Below, piece by piece: positions 30,701 through 38,049 of a stretch of 64,000 nucleotides of DNA. The DNA comes from Candidatus Kerfeldbacteria bacterium RIFCSPLOWO2_02_FULL_42_19 (GTDB taxonomy: Bacteria > Patescibacteriota > Patescibacteriia > HO2-48-17). Each line of letters starts with the position of its first letter. The stretch's first letter is position 1. The position numbers and the translations under genes are program-made. Below the pieces are notes generated by a model, which searched no databases, had not been told where the DNA came from, and saw only the letters and a list, made by a program, of their open reading frames with translations. The stretch covers positions 251,149-315,148 of the forward strand of contig MHKF01000012.1 of the NCBI GenBank assembly GCA_001818315.1, in the 5' to 3' direction.

Positions 30701-31072
30701 ATTATTGTTGGACCGGAATTTGGCGCGCCGCACATACAAATGTTCAGTGTCCAGAAAAATAAAGTAAAATTACTGAATCCAGGGTTTTTCGCGTTCAGCA
30801 AGGATTTCTACGGTGGCGTGAGTGTCGCTGGTGGAGATATTGATGGCGACGGTCGTGATGAAATTATTGTTGGGGCAGGGGTTGACGCGACGCCGCTCGT
30901 GCGGGTATTTAATAAAACTGGTTCAAAAATTATCAAAGAATTGTTGGTGTTTGCGGACGGTTTTTTGGGCGGTGTGAATGTTACAGCCGGCGATACTGAC
31001 GGCGATGGGGTCGATGATATTACCGTGATGCCACGGAGTAATAGCGTACCAATGCTTCGTGTTTTGAAGTGA
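27797..31072 (+). CDS. Large secreted protein: NHL repeats, IPT/TIG domain, FG-GAP/VCBS-like repeats
   Basis: Signal peptide; repeated LYIADTGN..IR; VSVTGSNFRHGA; repeated GD.dGDG.dEI. Confidence 0.92.
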   Translation: MRTNLPIQFSFRSSAFLLMLTTFAFLLPQATEAKFGDVATYVGKIIGGDGKDKLEAYLDQPKDFAVDSAGNFYIADTMNNVVRKIATDGKVSTVAGTGAYGDTDGDTNKARFGWPEAIALDGSTIFLADTDNSKIKKISGGKVTTLVSSGLSKPKGLYADTENDILYIADTGNNALKKVSFSGGSVSKVASGLSSPTKMTKNGSALYVANTGNQRIVAVDITNGSVTTLASGFLNIGGVYFYDGAVYEVDGDGLFDFLYKVTLDGTKTLLAEDEHMITLNTSSAILVRDGKIYVLNSGGSSIYRFDLDGQNPFHYAGKDRFGNDNGTGTGALIGRPKGLVLSHDRKFFYLAENNKIRKIERTTGVVTSLIGNSVDNYKEGRTGSEGRFSDITGVVISPDNKTLYVVDRNNNRIRGVDIATKTDFLITGAGEINSTSESDNGYQEGAKCLGEFKAAAAGCAYFNRPIGIAISLDGNFLYIADTGNHRIRRVRVSDGVTTLIAGSGKAGFKNGAGAATELSSPMSVAIDHDGAFLYVADKDNHAIRRIRLSDRKVETLAGTGEPGYNDATFDKTVFSFPEYVTFGGDGHVYVSEVGGQRIRQLDLEEEVTKLVAGSGIRGFRDGKKNDAQFNNPKGLVVDAPDDRVYVADNFNDLIRVIDIEGEAPFTEQAPKVSRVDPNMKTVPDGPEVTLFVSVTGSNFRHGAKAIFGTFEAVNTYVQSSTQLAVELPFGLMFPGSYDVTVQNVDTQQHTLLKGFRVANKDNTVPDVYFRADGTVTGGSAPAPAKSTFFPYDSTLVGGFHPLSCDLTGDGVAELLTGPDVGFGPQVRVFQQNGKALFSFFAYAETLRSGVRVACGDLTGDRFAEIVTAPGPGGRPHIRIFDHKGVLKHPGFFALDGLFQGGTYVDVGNVNGDRRGDIIVTAGKGGGPQVTVHRMDGTMLANFFAYDKNTFRGGIRSAVLDFDDDGIDEIIVGPEFGAPHIQMFSVQKNKVKLLNPGFFAFSKDFYGGVSVAGGDIDGDGRDEIIVGAGVDATPLVRVFNKTGSKIIKELLVFADGFLGGVNVTAGDTDGDGVDDITVMPRSNSVPMLRVLK

Positions 31073-31165
31073 CCGACGAGACCGTTGAGTTCGTTTTGTT
31101 GACTGCTTTGGACTTCTTTTTTTATTTTATCTTAGCTATCTTTCTATTTTTTTAATCGAGAGCTA

Positions 31166-31194
31166 TTGACAAATATTTACCGTTGGTTTATAAT
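31166..31194 (+). promoter_or_regulatory. Perfect sigma70 promoter
   Basis: TTGACA (31166-31171)-N17-TATAAT (31189-31194). Confidence 0.88.
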
Positions 31195-31199
31195 AGTGG

Positions 31200-31685
31200 C
31201 TGTTACGATGAAAGTTCGAGACTGTTCGTTGTTATAATTCAGTGAGGAGAGAGCCGCCACCCGTCGGTTATCGGGTCACATGTTTCTTTATGTCAGGATC
31301 AACGCTGAGGTCTGCGTATGTCCTTATGTGAAGCATGTGTTACTCATCGAATTACAAGGCGATGGGGAGAACTCTTCTCTAGGAAACGAATCTATTTGTA
31401 TTTTAGACAAGATATTTCCCGATCGCCTTTTTTGCTGGCAAGAGACATGGAGAGGAGAGAGTAACATCCATCAAGATAAGGTAAATATTTATTATTTTGA
31501 CCTTTCAACTTGATGCTCTCCATATCTCTCGCTGGCAAAAGCCAGAATAACAGAATTTTCCTCACGTGCGGCTTGGAAAGGAAAATCAAAACCAGACTTC
31601 TCAGTCCAGCAGAAAGAAGGAGATGGAATTACATGGCGTAATTCTTATTTATTTATAAAGGCCCCCTGAGTGAGGGGGCCTTTAT
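31200..31685 (+). ncRNA. Candidate large structured non-coding RNA, family unknown
   Basis: Lies between a perfect promoter and a terminator; several long stems and long-range complementarities; no convincing ORF. Confidence 0.55.
31655..31685. terminator. Bidirectional terminator
   Basis: 13-bp stem ATAAAGGCCCCCT/AGGGGGCCTTTAT between convergent units. Confidence 0.85.
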
Positions 31686-31716
31686 GGTTTTCCGTTGATC
31701 GTGACTATGCAAAGAT

Positions 31717-31893
31717 TTACAGATCGTGAGGTTTTACGGTTGTCCGCTTGTTTCCTTGAGCACGTTTGCAGGCGGCTTCAACCATCTGCATGACTTTTTT
31801 ATTGAGCTCGTCCATAAGCTCGGATGATGTCATGCACTTTTGTGATTTGATGTAGGCTTTGAGTTTGGAGCCTACAATGAGCATGTCACTCAT
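31717..31893 (-). CDS. Bacterial histone-fold protein (short alpha3 type, 58 aa)
   Basis: Below the track's length cutoff. MSDMLIVGSKLKAYIKSQKCMTSSELMDELNKKVMQMVEAACKRAQGNKRTTVKPHDL: LIVxSKxKxYIK N-terminus and RxTxxxxD C-terminal motif, as in Leptospira and Bdellovibrio (Bd0055) histones. Confidence 0.88.
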   Translation of the reverse strand: MSDMLIVGSKLKAYIKSQKCMTSSELMDELNKKVMQMVEAACKRAQGNKRTTVKPHDL

Positions 31894-31945
31894 GTATGCT
31901 TAATTAATGATTATGTGCTTAACAATAAGCAAATTTCGTAAAGGC

Positions 31946-31974
31946 AGTATAGCAATTTTATCAAATTTTCGCAA
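31946..31974 (-). promoter_or_regulatory. Promoter of the histone gene
   Basis: TTGCGA-N17-TATACT with extended -10 TG on the minus strand. Confidence 0.65.
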
Positions 31975-31989
31975 ATCGAAATTCGTAAA

Positions 31990-32021
31990 CGAAAATCCCG
32001 TTGGTGCATTTCAACGGGATT
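31990..32021 (-). terminator. Terminator of the ABC transporter gene
   Basis: AATCCCGTTG...CAACGGGATT followed by a T-rich tail on the minus strand. Confidence 0.75.
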
Positions 32022-32051
32022 AAGGAGCAGGATGTTCAGAACGGATGTAGT

Positions 32052-34004
32052 TTATTGTCGCATCTGTTTGGACCACAGACGGGCATAGATGCCTGTGGTA
32101 TTCAAGAGTTGGCGGTGTGAACCAATTTCGACGAGACGTCCTTCGTGGAACACGAGAATACGATCGAAATTTTGTATTGTTGGTAGTCGGTGGGCTATAG
32201 CGAGCATCGTGCATCGACCTTGTCCTCGAATTTTTTCAATCGCTTGTTGTATGAGCGCTTCGTGTTCCGAATCTACACTGGAAGTAGCTTCATCAAAAAT
32301 GAGCAGCTTCGGTTGACGTGCAATCGCTCGTGCAATGCCAATGAGTTGGCGTTGCCCGCCGGAGAGCAGCATGCCTCGTTCTCCAATGAGCGTGTTATAT
32401 CCATTGGGCAACTTCATAATGAACTCATGTGCTTGCGCAATTTTTGCGGCCGCAATAATTTCGTGCATCGCTTGTTCATGAATATTCTCCGGGTCTATTG
32501 CACTGAAGCACGCAATGTTCTGTGCGATTGTCCGACTAAAGACTTCTACCTCCTGCGGGACGTAACCGATATTTTGTCTCCAATCACTACGTCGTACTGT
32601 TTTTAACGGTTGACCGTTGACAAAAATCGTTCCGTGCTTGGGATCATAGTGACGCAGGAGAAGCTTCACAAACGTCGACTTGCCGCTGCCGGTGAGTCCA
32701 GCAATGCCAATGAATTCGCCAAACTGAATGTTGACATTGACATCGTGTAGCGCACTGGTTCCATTGCTGTGGATCATATCACTACTGACTGCTGGTGTGA
32801 GTTGCTGCGGTGCATCAGTCATTGCAGAGATCGCTTCTTGTGCATGATTGAGTCCATTGTGTGTCGAGCACACGACGAGTCTTTTGCGTGAATTGTATTC
32901 GAAATCCACATCTTCAAATCGGATGAACGATGTTGGATTCGGAACACTCGACAACGGACGAGGATGCGGTAGATCCTCAATCAACGGTGGGGTTTTGAGG
33001 AGGGTTATGAGTCGCTTGATGCCTGTTTCTGCTTCCGCCATTTGCCGACGCACTCGGAAGATGCGATACAAATGAATAAAGTTTTTAATGGAAAGCGTCA
33101 TGCAGAGGTACCATTCTCCAAGCGTGATTCTGCCTGTTACGACGTGGAGACAAATGACGCCTAACACGATGCCGATCGAAACAGCCATACAAAGCCCACG
33201 CACAACATTGTAGCGTATGTACGTCGTGTTGATGTCATACCACAATCGGATTATGTGATTGACTTTTGTTTCAACCCTTTGTTGCACGCGTTCTTGCATC
33301 CCATGCGATTGAATGCTGTTAATATTGAGGGCATTTTCAACCATATCTGATGCCAGCGCTTCTTCATGATCCATTTCTTTTTCATGCATCGGTTTTACGA
33401 CTATTTCCAGTCGCAAGGATAGGTATATGTAAGGAATGATGAGCACGCCGAAGACGGCCATAACCCACCAGTCGTATATGAGGAGCATGACGCTACTGAC
33501 GAGGAGGAGGAATGAGGTGGGGAAGAATTCGTAACACAGGTTGAGGAGAAACATGATCAGGTTATCGATGCCGCGATGTATCTGCTTCATGAGTTCACCT
33601 GAATTGTGTTGTTCGTGGAAGCCGAGTGAAAGATCAAACAGTTTTTGATGCGTCACGATGTACTGATGCCGTGTGCTGTCTGCGATTGTTTTCTTCCAAA
33701 TCTGCCGATCTGCGACGTGATCAATAAGATCAAGTCCGGCGTACAAACCTGTGTAGGCGAGGATGAGCAGTGCGAGATCCCACTGGAGTTGTCTATCGAT
33801 CTGAATGTGTTCGACGTGATTTTTTATGAAGTCGAGGATCTTGCTCAGTAGCCACGGGTCGAGGAGGCGTGCGAGTTGTATGAAGAGCATGAGCATAATG
33901 AGGGTGACGAATGCCTTCTGCACCGGTTTCAAAAGCTCCCAGAGATTTTTTGAGAATACCGAAATTTCTTTCGCGACTTTCGTTAGTTCCAATCTGGACC
34001 GCAT
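32052..34004 (-). CDS. ABC exporter, fused permease/ATP-binding (MsbA/MdlB-like)
   Basis: TM domain; GLTGSGKST, LSGGQRQ, LIFDEATSSVD, IAHRL; SD AAGGAG. Confidence 0.95.
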   Translation of the reverse strand: MRSRLELTKVAKEISVFSKNLWELLKPVQKAFVTLIMLMLFIQLARLLDPWLLSKILDFIKNHVEHIQIDRQLQWDLALLILAYTGLYAGLDLIDHVADRQIWKKTIADSTRHQYIVTHQKLFDLSLGFHEQHNSGELMKQIHRGIDNLIMFLLNLCYEFFPTSFLLLVSSVMLLIYDWWVMAVFGVLIIPYIYLSLRLEIVVKPMHEKEMDHEEALASDMVENALNINSIQSHGMQERVQQRVETKVNHIIRLWYDINTTYIRYNVVRGLCMAVSIGIVLGVICLHVVTGRITLGEWYLCMTLSIKNFIHLYRIFRVRRQMAEAETGIKRLITLLKTPPLIEDLPHPRPLSSVPNPTSFIRFEDVDFEYNSRKRLVVCSTHNGLNHAQEAISAMTDAPQQLTPAVSSDMIHSNGTSALHDVNVNIQFGEFIGIAGLTGSGKSTFVKLLLRHYDPKHGTIFVNGQPLKTVRRSDWRQNIGYVPQEVEVFSRTIAQNIACFSAIDPENIHEQAMHEIIAAAKIAQAHEFIMKLPNGYNTLIGERGMLLSGGQRQLIGIARAIARQPKLLIFDEATSSVDSEHEALIQQAIEKIRGQGRCTMLAIAHRLPTIQNFDRILVFHEGRLVEIGSHRQLLNTTGIYARLWSKQMRQ

Positions 34005-34070
34005 AGTTTTCTCCTTAGTTAGTGCACTTTCGTCATTGCACTGATTGATTGTGATGTCGAAGTACGATCT

Positions 34071-34136
34071 CTACAAACAAAAATTCTGGCTTGTATGCCA
34101 GAATCTCGGTATCATGTTTTGATTATTTTTATGCAT
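34071..34136 (-). promoter_or_regulatory. Putative leader peptide (21 aa) overlapping a terminator hairpin; attenuator
   Basis: GGAGG (34144-34148) precedes MHKNNQNMIPRFWHTSQNFCL; stem ATTCTGGC/GCCAGAAT plus T-tract lies within the uORF. Confidence 0.5.
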
Positions 34137-34259
34137 GATTATTCCTCCATATTGTTCTTCGAGATTTTGACATACGAGTATCGCTCCGCGTAAAAATCGG
34201 AGATCCATTGTTTCCAGACGATATATATTGTCGTGCGAGGGTCAACATCACCTTATTTT

Positions 34260-34307
34260 AACTTGATAATTCCGCGCTAGCTTGATGCGCCGGTTTCATT
34301 CTCAGAA
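34260..34307 (+). repeat. Family-C repeat, copy 2 (degenerate)
   Basis: AACTTGATAATTCCGCGCTAGCTTGATGCGCCGGTTTCATTC. Confidence 0.75.
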
Positions 34308-34358
34308 GAACTTACTCTATCACACCGAATTTTTTTGTCAAATTATGATGAGACTGAT

Positions 34359-34524
34359 GGGCTGTCGCTATAAATACCGTTTCCTGTGCAACGCGCAAAA
34401 GAAAAGAGGAGGAAGACGAGACTTTCTCAGCACACTGTGCAGTTGTTAGTGCTTCGAAAGCTCTTGTCTTCCTCCTCTTTTCTTTATACATGAAATAAGA
34501 AACGGTATTTATGGCGACAGTCCT
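34359..34524. mobile_element. Family-B-like MITE enclosing hairpin A4, 5-bp TSD
   Basis: GGGCTGTCGCTATAAATACCGTTTC / GAAACGGTATTTATGGCGACAGTCC; CTGAT at 34354-34358 and 34525-34529. Confidence 0.7.
34398..34485 (+). repeat. Family-A hairpin, copy 4
   Basis: AAAGAAAAGAGGAGGAAGAC...TTTCTCAGCACACTGTGCAGTTGTTAGTGCTTCGAAA...GTCTTCCTCCTCTTTTCTTT. Confidence 0.9.
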
Positions 34525-34546
34525 CTGATTGTCTTTTCGATAATAT

Positions 34547-34780
34547 GTGTATTTTAGTACTGATGATTTTGGTTATGATCCATCTGGAGAGACGACGTCT
34601 GAAGGAGTGTTGTATGCACTTCGTGCTGAGAGTGGAGAACGTGTTTGGAGTTCTGAGGCATTTCAAGGAGTTGGATCGGCTCAAACTTCACCAGCTGTTT
34701 CTAATGGCGTAGTGATTTTTGCCTCTTATGATGATCAGCAGAGAAAGGATCATGGAGTTTTTGCATGTACATCTTTGTAA
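34547..34780 (+). pseudogene. Fragment of a PQQ-like beta-propeller repeat protein
   Basis: GVLYALRAESGERVW...SPAVSNGVV is a single PQQ/BamB-like repeat; stop codon just upstream. Confidence 0.55.
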
Positions 34781-34867
34781 TTTCAACGGTTTTATTTTTT
34801 TGTAATTTTTTTATAAATTGAATTATTTGATATACTATAAGTGTTCATTTTTTTTCGGAGGATTTTT

Positions 34868-35686
34868 ATGCTTCGAGTTGTATCGCTTGCGCCAAGTAAT
34901 ACAGAAATTTTATATGCACTGGGTTGTCAAGATAATATCATTGCAGTAACCAAGCTTTGTGATTATCCCGAAGCTGCTCGTCAGAAGTCACATATTGGTA
35001 CGTGGACTGAGACGGATTGTGACGCTCTTATGAAAGTCGCGCCTGATATTATTCTGACGTCTTATTATTTGCCTGAGGCTTTGCGGCAGTATACTGGCCC
35101 TGGGGAAATTTATCATCTGCATCCAAAGACTCTTGGCGATGTATTTGAATCTATTGTGGAAATTGGATCGCTGTTTGGTAAAGAGCAACAAGCGCAGTCA
35201 CTCGTTGCGAATATGAAGCAGCGTTTCGCGAGCCTTGCGGAATGTAGTGCAGGGCATAATCGACGTTTTTCTGTGTATGCTGAAGAGTGGGGTAATCCTC
35301 CGATGATTGCCGGTAATTGGGTGCCTGAGATTTTGAAAATCGCTGGCGGTGTGACAGGACTCAGAGAAGCTGGGCAGGTGAGTTGTAAGCTCGACGAGTC
35401 TCAGCTGTTTCTTTATAATCCGGAGGTTATTTTGATCCATTGGTGCGGTCGAGCGATGAGGAGCGATGTTGCGGAAGTTCAGTCGAGACCGAATTGGCGG
35501 CATTTGCGCGCTGTACGCGCAGGACATGTGTTTCGTATTGATGATTCATTATTGAATCGACCAGGACCTCGACTTGTTGAAGGCGCACAAGCTGTGCATG
35601 ATGTATTGCATGCGTTGCTGGAAGGCGAGGTTTCGACTCAATATGAAAAAAAATCTACGCGGGTAACATTTTCTACAATTCGCTAA
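34868..35686 (+). CDS. Cobalamin-binding protein (BtuF-like)
   Basis: RVVSLAPSNTEILYALG, CDYPEAA, LNRPGPRLVEG. Confidence 0.85.
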   Translation: MLRVVSLAPSNTEILYALGCQDNIIAVTKLCDYPEAARQKSHIGTWTETDCDALMKVAPDIILTSYYLPEALRQYTGPGEIYHLHPKTLGDVFESIVEIGSLFGKEQQAQSLVANMKQRFASLAECSAGHNRRFSVYAEEWGNPPMIAGNWVPEILKIAGGVTGLREAGQVSCKLDESQLFLYNPEVILIHWCGRAMRSDVAEVQSRPNWRHLRAVRAGHVFRIDDSLLNRPGPRLVEGAQAVHDVLHALLEGEVSTQYEKKSTRVTFSTIR

Positions 35687-35690
35687 ACTT

Positions 35691-37283
35691 TTATTTTTGT
35701 GCGACGAGTACAAAAGTTCCTTTTACATTTGCACTGGCGATCGCTATGTGTTTCTCAGGAAAATTTTTTCCGATGTACTGCCATTTTCCGGTTGCATTGT
35801 TATAAAAGGCGATGCGTATTTTTTCTGCGGTCACACCATTTTTTTCTAACTGATCATTTGTGTAATCAAATATGACCGAATACGGTTTTTTGATAATTTT
35901 TGCTTCGGATTTATATGCTTGGCTTAAGACTTTATCCACATCTTTCAAATCAATTTTCGGCATTGTTGTTTTTCTGAGATTAAAATTTGTGTTCTCAAAT
36001 GGCGTCGTCATGTATACTTCTGGATTGAGCCGCGCTGTAATCGTTTTGAGCCAATCAACGCGCGTGAAATATGTATCAGCTACATCTACTTGATAGATAG
36101 TCTGTTTTCCATAAATGATCGCATAGGTATCTGTAGGGATATAGACATCTTTCACACCGCCATTTCCGGTGTTCAGTCCAGAAATCAGAATTTTATCAAC
36201 AACGGGTTGACCTTTCGCGTCCGTTGTTTGAGATGCAATACTGAATTTTGCATTTTTGACGATCGCGCCTTTATCATTACGCAAAATCAGTCTGAGGCCG
36301 CTCAGGCGATAATTGACTTTGGTGAGTTCCGAATCTTTTATTTTTACTTTCCAAATATAATAAAAGAGTTTCGAAACATCTGATGGAATTTTGAGTGCGT
36401 ATTCACCGCTCGGAAGATACGCATCCACTTGACCTTCTAAACCTGTGTAGACATCTGCAAGATGAGTACCGACGATGGGATTTTCTTGCGCGTCATACTT
36501 TTGCGTATACATTGCAATTTTTTTCTCCCGCACGACCTTCTTGTTGATGTTTTGGAGCGCTGTTCTGAGTGTGCCTTGCTTATAATTCACTGTCGTTGTT
36601 TTTCCGCTGGTTGCTGTTTGATTCCAGATATAAAAATATTCTTTGTTACCGGTAGCGTGGAGGCGCACGATGTAACTTCCTGGCGCAAGATACATGTGTT
36701 TTCCGCCAACATCACCAGTGTTAACGTTCGCAGTAACGAGTTTATCTTTATTGAGTTTGGTTTCGTCGATAATTGGATCACCGTCCACATCGAAACCTTG
36801 AATATAAATATCGAAATAGCTATTTTTGACTAATTTTGATTCGGCGTCGCGGATAATGACAAACAGGTCGCTCATTTTGAGCTCGACTACTTGGATACCT
36901 TCTTTCGTTGTAATCTGATCACCCGATACAGAGAAATATCCATACGTGGCGCTCGATTCCCATACTTTGACTGCGTAGGGGCCTTTCGCTGTATCGAGAC
37001 AAAAAATTTCAGTTTGCCCACCTACGTCTGTTTTACCGGAGGTGAGTTTTTTGCTTTCATCGAAATACAGATTCCCATCCGGATCCTTTGTAACGGTATA
37101 GACGATGAAGTTAATATTCGGTACAAGTTTATTATTAGCGTCGCGGGTGATAATTTGCATGCCAGTTTTTTCGGTTTTACACGCTGCGATGCGCGTTTGT
37201 GCAGAAACATTGGGTGTTGATTGTATTTGCATCGCGACGATGATGCCGATGATGAGCACACTGAAACGGATAGAATTCTGCAT
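35691..37283 (-). CDS. Secreted protein with four ~90-aa internal repeats
   Basis: Signal peptide; repeated (R/Q)Dxxx(K)LVxNxxFxIYxQxxDxxGxP...TGxxG...YLxxGxY units. Confidence 0.8.
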   Translation of the reverse strand: MQNSIRFSVLIIGIIVAMQIQSTPNVSAQTRIAACKTEKTGMQIITRDANNKLVPNINFIVYTVTKDPDGNLYFDESKKLTSGKTDVGGQTEIFCLDTAKGPYAVKVWESSATYGYFSVSGDQITTKEGIQVVELKMSDLFVIIRDAESKLVKNSYFDIYIQGFDVDGDPIIDETKLNKDKLVTANVNTGDVGGKHMYLAPGSYIVRLHATGNKEYFYIWNQTATSGKTTTVNYKQGTLRTALQNINKKVVREKKIAMYTQKYDAQENPIVGTHLADVYTGLEGQVDAYLPSGEYALKIPSDVSKLFYYIWKVKIKDSELTKVNYRLSGLRLILRNDKGAIVKNAKFSIASQTTDAKGQPVVDKILISGLNTGNGGVKDVYIPTDTYAIIYGKQTIYQVDVADTYFTRVDWLKTITARLNPEVYMTTPFENTNFNLRKTTMPKIDLKDVDKVLSQAYKSEAKIIKKPYSVIFDYTNDQLEKNGVTAEKIRIAFYNNATGKWQYIGKNFPEKHIAIASANVKGTFVLVAQK

Positions 37284-37437
37284 ATAGTTATAAGTAATTT
37301 ATGAAAATAATTTTATATGAGTTTGGTGAATGCTTTGGGTGAATGCTTACAGTGATTCTATTGTAGAATGTGCCAGGTGCTTTGTCTATTGTATTGATGT
37401 ATACTACCGAGTAGTTTGATGAGTTTCGTAAATTTTT

Positions 37438-38049
37438 ATGAACGCAAGAACATCTCACCAGCGTGTTTTTCGATCGCGGATATATACCAAAACCGGTGAT
37501 CGCGGTATGACGGGTTTGTTTGGGTCGAAGCGAGTATCGAAAAATACTTTGCGTATTCATGCCTATGGGTCGGTCGACGAATTAAATACTTGCATTGGAT
37601 ATCTTATCGCTCTTCTTGCGACCGAAAGATTGCTTGACAAGAGTGCGCGCGGGCAGTTGAGCAAAGAATTGCAAAATATTCAACGAACGCTTTTTGTCAT
37701 CGGCGCACAACTCGCCACACCTCAGGATGCAACTCTTTCTATCCCGCGTATTACAGAACAGGTTGTCCGCGATATTGAGCAAGGTATTGATGTGCGTGAC
37801 GCACAGCTTGCGCCTCTTACGCATTTCCTTTTGCCTTCTGGCACACCTGCTGCTTCTTGGTGTCATGTCGTGCGCACGGTGTGTCGTCGTGTTGAGCGAG
37901 ATCTTGTAGCACTCCACGAGCAAGAGCCGGTTTCGGAAGTGCTCCTCCAATATATGAATCGCCTGTCAGATTATTTTTTTGTAGTCGCTCGATTTTTGAA
38001 TCAACAAGCGGGTGTGTCCGAATCCGAGTGGCGGACGCATACAAAGTGA
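37438..38049 (+). CDS. ATP:cob(I)alamin adenosyltransferase (PduO type)
   Basis: IYTKTGDRGMT, YGSVDELN, RTVCRRVER, YMNRLSDYFF. Confidence 0.95.
   Translation: MNARTSHQRVFRSRIYTKTGDRGMTGLFGSKRVSKNTLRIHAYGSVDELNTCIGYLIALLATERLLDKSARGQLSKELQNIQRTLFVIGAQLATPQDATLSIPRITEQVVRDIEQGIDVRDAQLAPLTHFLLPSGTPAASWCHVVRTVCRRVERDLVALHEQEPVSEVLLQYMNRLSDYFFVVARFLNQQAGVSESEWRTHTK

Noticed and set aside
31280-31513. 77-aa ORF in the track
   Set aside because: No RBS or recognisable motif, and it overlaps the densest stems; treated as incidental but not excluded.
31242-31574. RNase P RNA identity for the candidate ncRNA (GAGGAGAGAGCCGCC, ACAGAA...CGGCTT)
   Set aside because: There is no GAGGAAAGUCC, ACAGAA is separated from the would-be P4 3' strand, and the internal conserved regions are missing. 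A cmsearch should still be run.
31214-31607. Group I intron R/S-like GAGACTG / CAGTCC
   Set aside because: No P/Q elements upstream, no interrupted gene, and only 5-bp complementarity.
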